From the NCBI GenBank assembly GCA_963744995.1, contig CAVUWA010000009.1:64001-128000 (forward strand): DNA of 64,000 bases, written 5' to 3'. The notes beneath the pieces were generated by a model, which had not been told where the DNA came from, did no database searches, and worked only from the letters and a program-made list of their open reading frames with translations. Below, one piece after another: positions 10,620 to 18,520 of this stretch. Position 1 is the stretch's first letter. Every line of letters starts with the position of its first letter. This DNA is from Candidatus Eiseniibacteriota bacterium. GTDB taxonomy: Bacteria; Eisenbacteria; RBG-16-71-46. Made by a program: the position numbers and the translations under genes.

Positions 10620-11231
10620 GTGCGCGTGTCCACGGCCGAGATGGTTGCCGGTTTCGCGCGCCTGATCAGCGGTGCGCGACCCCGCTGGCTGGGCTGCCGA
10701 CCCGAGGCGACCCAGCGGATCTACTTCGCGAATCATGGCAGCCACCTCGATGCGGTGGTGCTGTGGGCGCTGCTGCCGCCGCCGCTGCGTTCGCGCACGC
10801 GGCCCGTTGCAGCGCGCGACTACTGGCTCGCGGGCCGCATCCGTCGCCATCTGGCGCTGCGCGCCTTCAACGCCGTGCTCGTGGAGCGCCGCGCGACGAC
10901 GTTCGGGCAGAACCCGCTCGAGGACCTGTACGCCGCGCTCGACGAGGGCGCGTCCCTGATCCTGTTTCCGGAGGGTACGCGCTCGAAGACGCCGGACGTC
11001 GCGGCGTTTCGGCCCGGTCTGTGGCACATGGCCGAACGCTTCCCGGGCGTCGAGCTCGTGCCCGTGTACCTGCGGTACTTCGACCGCGTGCTGCCGCGCG
11101 GGGCGCACTTTCCCGTACCGCTGCTCACCGACGTCGTGTTCGGTCCGCCGCTGCCGCGGATCGCCGGGGAGTCGCGCGAGGCGTTCCTGTCCCGCGCACG
11201 TGAAGCCGTCCTGAGCCTGGGGGTGACATGA
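10620..11231 (+). CDS. Lysophospholipid acyltransferase (PlsC-like)
   Basis: ANHGSHLD (HX4D), FNAVLVER and LFPEGTRS motifs. True start may be GTG 10626. Confidence 0.9.
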   Translation: MRVSTAEMVAGFARLISGARPRWLGCRPEATQRIYFANHGSHLDAVVLWALLPPPLRSRTRPVAARDYWLAGRIRRHLALRAFNAVLVERRATTFGQNPLEDLYAALDEGASLILFPEGTRSKTPDVAAFRPGLWHMAERFPGVELVPVYLRYFDRVLPRGAHFPVPLLTDVVFGPPLPRIAGESREAFLSRAREAVLSLGVT

Positions 11232-12184
11232 CCGTCTCGGCCGATCGCGAACTGTGGACGCTGCTCGGGTGGGTCGCAGGCCTGCTCGTGATCGTTTCGA
11301 TCGTGACGATCGTCATGCGTCTGATGGTGAAGGAAGGGCCGCTGCGCGAGATCGCCGACAATCTCGCGCTCCGCACCCGTTCGTTCTGGATCGTCTTCCT
11401 GCTGTTCGGCAGTGCGCTCGTCAGCGGCGAGTTCCTCTCGATCCTGCTGTTCATGGTGCTTTCGCTGCTGGCGCTGCGCGAGTTCCTGACGCTGGCGCCC
11501 GTCGAGTCGAGCGACCATCGCGCGATGCTGTGGACGTTCTTCGTGATCACGCCGCTCCAGTACCTGGTGGTCGGTGCCCACTGGTACGGCTTCTACAGCA
11601 TCATGATTCCGGTGTGGGCGTTCCTGTTCATCCCGACGCTGAACGCGATGGTGGGCGACTCGCGCCGGTTTCTGGAGCGCACCGCGACGCTGCAGTGGGG
11701 GCTCATGATCTGCGTCTATTGCGTCAGCTACGCGCCGGCGCTGCTCAGGCTGGACATCCCCGGCTACGAGGGCCAGAACGCGAAGCTGCTGCTCTACTGC
11801 GTGGGCGTCGCACAGCTCTCGGACTTCCTGCAGTTCGTGTTCGGCAAGTGGCTCGGACGCCACCCCATGGCGCCGCGCATCAGCCCGAAGAAGACCTGGG
11901 AGGGCTTTCTGCTCGGCGTGGGCTGTGCGACCGCCGTGGGCACGGTGCTCTGGTACATGACGCCTTTCCGCGCGTGGCAGGCGGCGCTGATGTCGCTGGC
12001 CATCGCGCTGATGGGCGTGGCGGGAGGGCTCACGATGTCGGCGATCAAGCGGGATCGCGGCGTGAAGGACTTCGGCACGTTGCTGCCCGGCCACGGCGGC
12101 ATGCTCGACCGCATCGATTCGGTGACGTTCTCGGTGCCGGTGTTCTTCCACCTGACGCGCTTCTTCTTCGCGAGGGTGTCGTGA
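11228..12184 (+). CDS. Phosphatidate cytidylyltransferase (CDP-diglyceride synthase), YnbB-like
   Basis: Polytopic membrane protein with SDFLQFVFGK, ISPKKTWEG and SAIKRDRGVKDFGTLLPGHGGMLDRIDS signatures. ATGA overlap with upstream stop. Confidence 0.92.
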   Translation: MTVSADRELWTLLGWVAGLLVIVSIVTIVMRLMVKEGPLREIADNLALRTRSFWIVFLLFGSALVSGEFLSILLFMVLSLLALREFLTLAPVESSDHRAMLWTFFVITPLQYLVVGAHWYGFYSIMIPVWAFLFIPTLNAMVGDSRRFLERTATLQWGLMICVYCVSYAPALLRLDIPGYEGQNAKLLLYCVGVAQLSDFLQFVFGKWLGRHPMAPRISPKKTWEGFLLGVGCATAVGTVLWYMTPFRAWQAALMSLAIALMGVAGGLTMSAIKRDRGVKDFGTLLPGHGGMLDRIDSVTFSVPVFFHLTRFFFARVS

Positions 12185-12999
12185 ACGCCCCCGCGGCGCC
12201 GATGCGCGCGTCGTACGCCGTGGCGCGCATGTTCCTGCGCACCGCGGGGCGATTGAGCGACGGCCTCTCGTTGTGTTTCGAGGAGGGTCTCACTTCGGGG
12301 CGGATGCTGGAGTACGTCTACCGCAACCGGCCCTCCGGCCGGCTCTGGATCGGCCGCTGGATGGACGCCCGCTTCCTGTCCTCGCCCGGCTGGCAGGCCG
12401 TGCGCGAACGGCGCGCGCTGCTGGAGCAGGCGATCGAGCGTGCGATCGGCGCGCTGCGCGGCGAGGGACGGGCGGTGTCGCTCGTCGACGTGGCCTCCGG
12501 CCCGGCGGCGTACGTGCTGGCCGTGCTGAAGCGCACAGGCGAGGAAGACGTCGCCGCGCTGTGCCGCGATCTGGACGAGCGCTGGCTCGCGCGCGGTCGC
12601 GAAGCGGCCGCGGCGCTCGGGCTCGAGCACGTGCGGTTCGAGCGGGGCGATGCGCTCGACCGGGATGCACTGCTCGCGCTCTCCCCGCGTCCGAACCTGG
12701 GGGTCGCATCGGGGTTCTACGACTGGATCGTCGAGGACGAGGTGGTGATCCGCTCGATCGGGCTCGTGCACGAGGCCCTCGAGCCCGGCGGTTTCTTCGC
12801 CCTCACGCACCAGGTGGCGAACCCGGATCTGCCGTTCCTGACCGCGGTGTTCACGGACTTCCACCGGGCGCCGCTGCGCATGAAGATGCGCGAGACGGAC
12901 ACGGTGCATCGCTGGCTCGGCGAGGCGGGCTTCGTCGTGGTCGACACGCGCACCGATGCGCGCGGCTGCTATGCCGTGACGCTCGCGCGCAAACCCTGA
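12181..12999 (+). CDS. Class I SAM-dependent methyltransferase resembling the YnbC C-terminal domain
   Basis: SGRMLEYVYRN, PGWQAVRER, VDVASGPAAY (SAM motif I), FERGDA, ASGFYDW and LEPGG. GTG overlaps upstream stop. Confidence 0.8.
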   Translation: MNAPAAPMRASYAVARMFLRTAGRLSDGLSLCFEEGLTSGRMLEYVYRNRPSGRLWIGRWMDARFLSSPGWQAVRERRALLEQAIERAIGALRGEGRAVSLVDVASGPAAYVLAVLKRTGEEDVAALCRDLDERWLARGREAAAALGLEHVRFERGDALDRDALLALSPRPNLGVASGFYDWIVEDEVVIRSIGLVHEALEPGGFFALTHQVANPDLPFLTAVFTDFHRAPLRMKMRETDTVHRWLGEAGFVVVDTRTDARGCYAVTLARKP

Positions 13000-13006
13000 G
13001 GGCCCC

Positions 13007-13630
13007 ATGGATCTCGGCCTGTACCACCTCAAGTATCCGGCGCGGAGACTGATCGAGGGCCTGCTGCCGCGCTTCGGCCGCACCGACCCCAACCGGATCA
13101 GCTGGGCGATGCTGCCGGTGGGGGCGGCGATCGCGGCGTGCTACGTGGGGGGCGCGCACGGGCCGGCGTGGCTGTACCTCGTGGCGGTGGCCCTGGTGTT
13201 CGTGCGCATGTTCCTCGGCACGCTCGACGGGCTCGTGGCGACGCACTTCCAGCGCAGCTCGAAGGCAGGGGAGATCGTGAATCGCCTGGCGCCCGAGCTG
13301 TGCGACGCGATGTACCTGCTCGCGCTCGCACTGGCGCGTCCGGAGTGGCTGGTCCCCGGGCTGTTCGCGCTCGCGGCATCGTGGCTGGTGACGTTCGCGG
13401 GTCTCGTGGGGGCGACGGCCGGACTCCCGACGCAGAGCGTCGGCCCGGTGGGACAAACCGACCGGCTCGCGGCGCTGCAGCTGCTCTCGGTGCTGGCGTG
13501 GGCGTCCGACACGTTCGGCTGGGGCGTCGACTTCCTGCTCGGTTTCCTCTGGTGGGCCGCGTTCGGCGGGGCGCTCACGGTGGGGCTGCGCCTCACGCGT
13601 CACCTGCGCGCAGCGCAGACGGGCCGATGA
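13007..13630 (+). CDS. CDP-alcohol phosphatidyltransferase family protein, YnbA-like
   Basis: LYHLKY N-terminus, DPNRIS, RMFLGTLDGLVA...GEIVNRLAPELCD and GPVGQTDR. Several TM helices. Confidence 0.8.
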   Translation: MDLGLYHLKYPARRLIEGLLPRFGRTDPNRISWAMLPVGAAIAACYVGGAHGPAWLYLVAVALVFVRMFLGTLDGLVATHFQRSSKAGEIVNRLAPELCDAMYLLALALARPEWLVPGLFALAASWLVTFAGLVGATAGLPTQSVGPVGQTDRLAALQLLSVLAWASDTFGWGVDFLLGFLWWAAFGGALTVGLRLTRHLRAAQTGR

Positions 13631-15657
13631 GCGGATCCGCCCCGCGTCCCGGAACCGCGGCACCCGGTCTGCGCGCCGGTCTGCCGGCGACGCGCGAATG
13701 GCGTTTCTTCAACTACGCGGCCACGGCGCCCATGCTGGACGTCGCGGCCGCAGCGATGACCGACGTAGCGCGCGAGAATCTGCGCCCGCTGTCGGAACAT
13801 TTCCCGCTCTGGCTCAAGCGCGTCGAACGGGCGCGGCGCGCCGTGGCGGAGCTGCTCGCTGCGGGGTCCGACGAGATCACCCTCACCAGCGGCACGAGCG
13901 TCGCCCTGTCGCTGGCCGCCGCGTCGGTGCGCTGGCGCGCGGGGGACCGGGTGCTCTACCCGGCGGACGAGTTTCCCTCGAATCGTTTCGTCTGGGACAA
14001 CCTGCACGATCTCGGCGTGCGCGCGGAGCCGGTGCCGGTCGTCGCGGGCGTGCGTTTCGCGGATCAGCTGGCAGGCATGAACCTGTCCGGGGTGAGGCTC
14101 GTGGCGTTCTCGGCGGTGTCCTACCGCGACGGACGGCGTCACGACGCGGCGGCGGTGGCCGCCGTGTGCGCACCGCGCGGCATCCTCACGTGCGTGGACG
14201 CCATCCAGGCCGTGGGCGCGATCCCCGCATCGGTCCGGGCGTGGAACTGCGACTTCGCCGCCTGCGGCGGGCAGAAGTGGCTGCTCGGACCCGTGGGCAG
14301 CGGCTTCCTGTTCGTGCGCCGTTCGCTGCTCGAGACGCTGCACGTTCCCACCGTCGGCTGGGCCAGCAGCCGGCACGCCGGCGACCCGGCGGCGGTCACG
14401 CTGGCATTCTGCGACGGCGCGGCCCGCTTCGAGGCCGGTCTGCCCGATGTCGCGGCCATCGCGGGCCTCCACGCCAGTATCGAGCGTCTGCAGGCGGAAG
14501 GTTGGGCGGACGTGCACCGGCGCGTGATGACCCACCGAACCCGCCTCGCGGCGGGTCTGTGGAGATGCGGGCTCGATCTGCTGCACGACGGCGCCCCCGA
14601 GGCCACCGCCGGGATCGTCGCCGCGCGCGTCACCCGGGACCAGGCGGCGCGTGTGGCGGAGGCGTTCGCTCGGGAGCGCATTCTGGCGACGCTGCGCCCG
14701 GGGGAATTGCGGCTCTCCGCCCACGCGACGACCTCGGACGAGGACGTGTCGTCATGCCTGGCGGCGCTCGAGCGCGCGCTCGGGCGCGGGACGCGTGCGC
14801 CGCGCCGTCCGCCGCCTGCGGCGTCGGGCGATCCGGAGGCGCCCGCGCGGGGCGCGGCGCCCGCCGACTGGCGGCATGCGCTCCTCACCGGCGCGTCCAG
14901 CGGGCTCGGCGCGGCGATCGCCGAGACGCTCGCCGCGCGCGGCACGCACCTCACGCTGCTCGCCCGGGACGCTGCGGCGCTGGAGGCGCTCGCAGCCCGG
15001 CTGCGGAAGGAGCACGGCGTCGAGGCGAGGATCGCGCCGCTGGATCTGGCGGAGGAGACGGCGGTGACGGACTGGATCGAGCACGACCGTGCGGCGCTCG
15101 AGGATGTGGACCTCCTCGTCAATGATGCCGCGATGGCCGAGGCGGCGCCGTTCCTCGAGCTCGATCCCGGCCGCGTGCGCGCGGCGTTCGCGGTCAACGT
15201 GTTCGCGCCGATGGCGCTTGCGCGTGCGCTGCTGCCGGCGATGCTGGCGCGCCGTCGCGGAACGCTCCTGAACGTCCTGACCTCCGGCGCCCGGAACGCG
15301 CTGCCGCTGTTCGCCGCCTACGCCTCGAGCAAGGGCGCGCTGTGGTCCTGGAGCGAGTCGCTGGCCCGCGAGCTGGACGGCACCGGCGTCGACGTGACGA
15401 CGTTCGTTCCGCCCCACATGGACACGGCGACGCGCAACCAGCTTCTGCGGCGCGCGGTGGCCTGGTTCGGAGCGGGAGGCGCGAGCCCCCGGGTCGTGCC
15501 GGTCGCGCACGTGGCCCGGCAGGCGCTCGAAGCCGCCTCGCGCGGACGTCGCACCGTAGCCCCGCTCCAGGTGCGCTGGCAGATCGCCCTCGGCTCGCTC
15601 GCCCCCGGACTCATCGAGCGTGAGATCCGCAGGCGCTGGCGCGGCGGGTCGACCTAG
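13627..15657 (+). CDS. Fusion of an aminotransferase class V (PLP) domain and a short-chain dehydrogenase/reductase
   Basis: N-terminal part: FNYAATAP, DEFPSN, VDAIQAVG, GGQKWLLGPVGSGFL, RFEAG. Pro/Ala linker. C-terminal part: LTGASSGLG, LVNDA, VNVFAP, YASSK. ATGA overlap with upstream gene. Confidence 0.85.
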   Translation: MSGSAPRPGTAAPGLRAGLPATREWRFFNYAATAPMLDVAAAAMTDVARENLRPLSEHFPLWLKRVERARRAVAELLAAGSDEITLTSGTSVALSLAAASVRWRAGDRVLYPADEFPSNRFVWDNLHDLGVRAEPVPVVAGVRFADQLAGMNLSGVRLVAFSAVSYRDGRRHDAAAVAAVCAPRGILTCVDAIQAVGAIPASVRAWNCDFAACGGQKWLLGPVGSGFLFVRRSLLETLHVPTVGWASSRHAGDPAAVTLAFCDGAARFEAGLPDVAAIAGLHASIERLQAEGWADVHRRVMTHRTRLAAGLWRCGLDLLHDGAPEATAGIVAARVTRDQAARVAEAFARERILATLRPGELRLSAHATTSDEDVSSCLAALERALGRGTRAPRRPPPAASGDPEAPARGAAPADWRHALLTGASSGLGAAIAETLAARGTHLTLLARDAAALEALAARLRKEHGVEARIAPLDLAEETAVTDWIEHDRAALEDVDLLVNDAAMAEAAPFLELDPGRVRAAFAVNVFAPMALARALLPAMLARRRGTLLNVLTSGARNALPLFAAYASSKGALWSWSESLARELDGTGVDVTTFVPPHMDTATRNQLLRRAVAWFGAGGASPRVVPVAHVARQALEAASRGRRTVAPLQVRWQIALGSLAPGLIEREIRRRWRGGST

Positions 15658-15673
15658 ACGCGGCGTTGCGCGT

Positions 15674-16455
15674 TCAGCGCCGCGGGTCGCGCGGGCGCGC
15701 GGCCGGCTTGCGGCGCAGGAACGGCTGTTCCAGCAGGTGCCACGACGGAATCGCGAACGCCAGCGTGATGGGCGCCGCGAGCATCGCGATCGTCATGGCG
15801 TGGGCGCCCGGCAGAGTCGCGACGACCCACTGCTCGATCGGGAACGCGTAGGCGTAGGTGCTGTACGAGTAGTCGCCCACGCGACGGTAGAAGCCGAGCC
15901 CCGGGATCCGGGCATACGCGATCCAGATCACCAGGTAGACCAGCGTGATCGCGTACACCGCCATGAACGGCCGCGGCAGCAGGAAGTCCGCGCAGAGCAG
16001 CGCGAGCGCGAGGGCACGTGCTGGAAGACGCCCGGCAGGTGGTAGCGCACGCCCGTCGGCCACGCGATACAGTTCTGGAGCGCGTAGGTCCACGTGCGCG
16101 GGTCGCGCAGGTAGGTGGCGGTCGGCAGATCGGTCTGCAGCGGTCCGAGCACGAAGGCGCACGCCATGGCGGTCACGATCAGGACCGGATAGATGCGCAG
16201 GGCGCGCGCCTCCGCGAACGAGCGCAGGCTGCGGCGCTTGAGCAGGCTCGACGTGACCAGGAAGCCGCTGATGACGAAGAACACGTCCACGGCCAGGTGC
16301 CCGAACGAGAAGCCGACGATCCGCTCGAGCGGATCCGCGTCGACTCCGGAGATCGGGAACGAGTGGCTGTAGACGACCAGCAGCACCGCGAGGATGCGCA
16401 GCAGGTTGAAGTTGTTGTTGCGGTCGCCGAGCCGGCGCGACAGCGGCTCTGCCAT
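15674..16455 (-). pseudogene. Acyltransferase_3 (OafA/YrhL-like) O-acyltransferase, frameshifted and internally deleted
   Basis: 5' frame: NNFNLLRILAVLLVVYSHSF, AVDVFFVISGFLV, RALRIYP, LPGVFQH. It switches frame near 16015 into GDYSYSTYAYAFP...SWHLLEQPFL. The usual NGSLWTL..E segment and the following helices are absent. Confidence 0.75.
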
Positions 16456-16878
16456 GCGGGCCTCTCGAGGTGCGGTGCGGCGCTTCCTCCGGCGGGCCAA
16501 AGGGAAACTGGGCCGGGCCCCCGTCCGCGGCAGGGCGGCAGGGAGCGCGAGCGAAGAAGATAGCAGCCCGAGCCGTCTTCGCGAACGGTTCGGTCCGCGA
16601 CCATGACCCGGCCGGTGCGCCGGGACGGCCGGGCGGTGCCCGCGACAGCGCGCTTGCTCTCCAGCCGCACGCGACCGCCCGGATGACGACCCAGGGACGC
16701 CTGCGCACCATCGCGCAGGCCGTCGCCGCCATCCGCCGCGCATGAGGGTCCGGACCGCGTCCTGGCGCTCTTCTCATGGGTGGTTCGAGCGCCGGTCCAT
16801 CGGGCCGCCCCGTGCTCCTTGAGCGTGCGGCCACCCGGGCACGCGCGCCCATCCTCTTCGGCCGGCCCGGAGGCTCCG

Positions 16879-18381
16879 ATGCGCTCTTCCGTAGCCCTGT
16901 CGCATGCCGTGTCGTGGATCGCGCTGTTCCTGCTCACGTGCGCGGCTCCAGGTGCGGTGCATGCGGCGGCGCTGCGGCTGGAGCACCATGCCGGAAGTCG
17001 GGTGGAGTGGCGGCTCGTCATGACCGCTCCGGCGTCCGCTGCGGGCGTGGAAGCCGCCGGCCCGGGCTGCCCCGATCTGGACAACGACGGCTACACCGAC
17101 TGGACCTGCGGCGGCCTCGACTGCGACGACAGCGACCCGACCGTCTACCCCGGCGCGACGGAGGTGTGCGACGGCAAGGACAACAACTGCGACGGGTATG
17201 TCGACGAAGGTGTATCGACCGCCTACTACCTGGACGACGACGGGGATGGCTATGGCGTCGACGGCAGCGACATCCTGTCCTGCGAGCCCGTGTCAGGCTA
17301 TTCCGCCCTCGGCGGCGACTGCGACGACAACGATCCGAACATCCACCCGGGCGCTGCGGAAGTCCTCGACGGCGTGGACAACAACTGCGACGGCACGGTG
17401 GACGAGGGCTTCGAGAACCCGATCCTCCGCTCGATCGTGGATGTTCCCGGCGATCAGGGGCGCGCGGTGCGCCTGCGCTGGCGCCGTCATGCCTGGGATT
17501 TCGCGGGCAGCGCGACGCCGGTCGTGTCGTACTCGATCTTCCGCCAGGTGCAGCCCGGTCAGGCGCCGGCCGCGGCCGCGCGAGCGGCCAGCCGCGAGGG
17601 CGCGCTCGCGCTGCCGGCGGGCGAGTGGGATCTGCTGACGACGCTCGCGGCCTACGGTGATTCGGCCTACCAGACGGTCGTGCCGACGCTGTGCGATTCC
17701 AACGCCACCGACTTCTGCCGGACCACGTTCGTCGTGCGGGCGCAGCTCCAGACGCCGACCGAATACTCCGATTCGGCGCCCGATTCGGGCTGGTCGGTAG
17801 ACAACATCGTGCCCGGCGTGCCGACGGGGTTGACCGTCAACGCGGTCTCGGGCACGGCTGAGATCGCCTGGGATCCGAGCCCGGCTCCCGACTTCCAGTA
17901 CTTCCGGGTCTACCGTGGGCAGAGTCCGGACTTCACGCCGGACGCGGGACATCTGGTGCAGGTGACCGCCGCGACCTCGTGGGTGGACGACGCACCCGGC
18001 GGCGAGACGTTCTACAAGGTCACGGCGGTGGACGCGAACGGCAACGAGAGCGGGCCCGCCTCGAACACGGGCACGGTGGACGTGAACGGCGCGGCGCCGC
18101 CGGCCGTGCTGGCGCTCGCCGGCGTGGTGCCGAATCCGTTCCGCGGCACGACCGTCGTTCATTTCGACCTGCCGGGCCGCGCTGCGGTGCGGCTCGCGAT
18201 CCACGACGTCGCCGGCCGCCGGGTGCGGACGCTGCTCGATCAGGCGATGACTCCGGGCCGCTACCAGCGGACCTGGAACGGCCGCGACGACGCCGGCCGT
18301 GCGGTTCCGCCCGGCACCTACTTCGTGCGCCTCGTCGCGGGCGGCCATTCGATCACGCGCCCCGTGATGCTCGTGCGCTGA
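16879..18381 (+). CDS. Secreted protein with putative metal-binding (MopE-related) repeats, FN3-like domain and C-terminal FlgD-Ig domain
   Basis: Signal peptide; two DCDD.DP...PGA.EV.DG.DNNCDG.VDEG repeats; YKVTAVDANGNES; C-terminal PNPF...DVAGRRVRTL...WNGRDDAGRAVPPGTYFVRL. GGAGG RBS. Confidence 0.8.
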   Translation: MRSSVALSHAVSWIALFLLTCAAPGAVHAAALRLEHHAGSRVEWRLVMTAPASAAGVEAAGPGCPDLDNDGYTDWTCGGLDCDDSDPTVYPGATEVCDGKDNNCDGYVDEGVSTAYYLDDDGDGYGVDGSDILSCEPVSGYSALGGDCDDNDPNIHPGAAEVLDGVDNNCDGTVDEGFENPILRSIVDVPGDQGRAVRLRWRRHAWDFAGSATPVVSYSIFRQVQPGQAPAAAARAASREGALALPAGEWDLLTTLAAYGDSAYQTVVPTLCDSNATDFCRTTFVVRAQLQTPTEYSDSAPDSGWSVDNIVPGVPTGLTVNAVSGTAEIAWDPSPAPDFQYFRVYRGQSPDFTPDAGHLVQVTAATSWVDDAPGGETFYKVTAVDANGNESGPASNTGTVDVNGAAPPAVLALAGVVPNPFRGTTVVHFDLPGRAAVRLAIHDVAGRRVRTLLDQAMTPGRYQRTWNGRDDAGRAVPPGTYFVRLVAGGHSITRPVMLVR

Positions 18382-18396
18382 GTCTTCCCGGCCTGA

Positions 18397-18420
18397 CGTC
18401 CGGCCCTGCGGGGCCGGACG
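18397..18420 (+). terminator. GC-rich hairpin after the secreted-protein gene
   Basis: Perfect 10-bp stem CGTCCGGCCC-tgcg-GGGCCGGACG starting 16 nt after the stop. No U-tract. Confidence 0.4.
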
Positions 18421-18520
18421 CCAGCCTTGGCATGGAAGGCGGCCGCTGCGGTATCCTCGGCGCCTCGCGTCTCCGCCGGGGGCGCGCTTCCCTTTCAGGA
18501 AAACGATCCAGACCGACCGC

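Noticed and set aside
17119..17409. DNA repeats that might be CRISPR-like
   Set aside because: They are in-frame protein repeats (DCDD...DNNCDG.VDEG), as are the FG-GAP repeats after 62180. There is no repeat-spacer structure and no cas gene.
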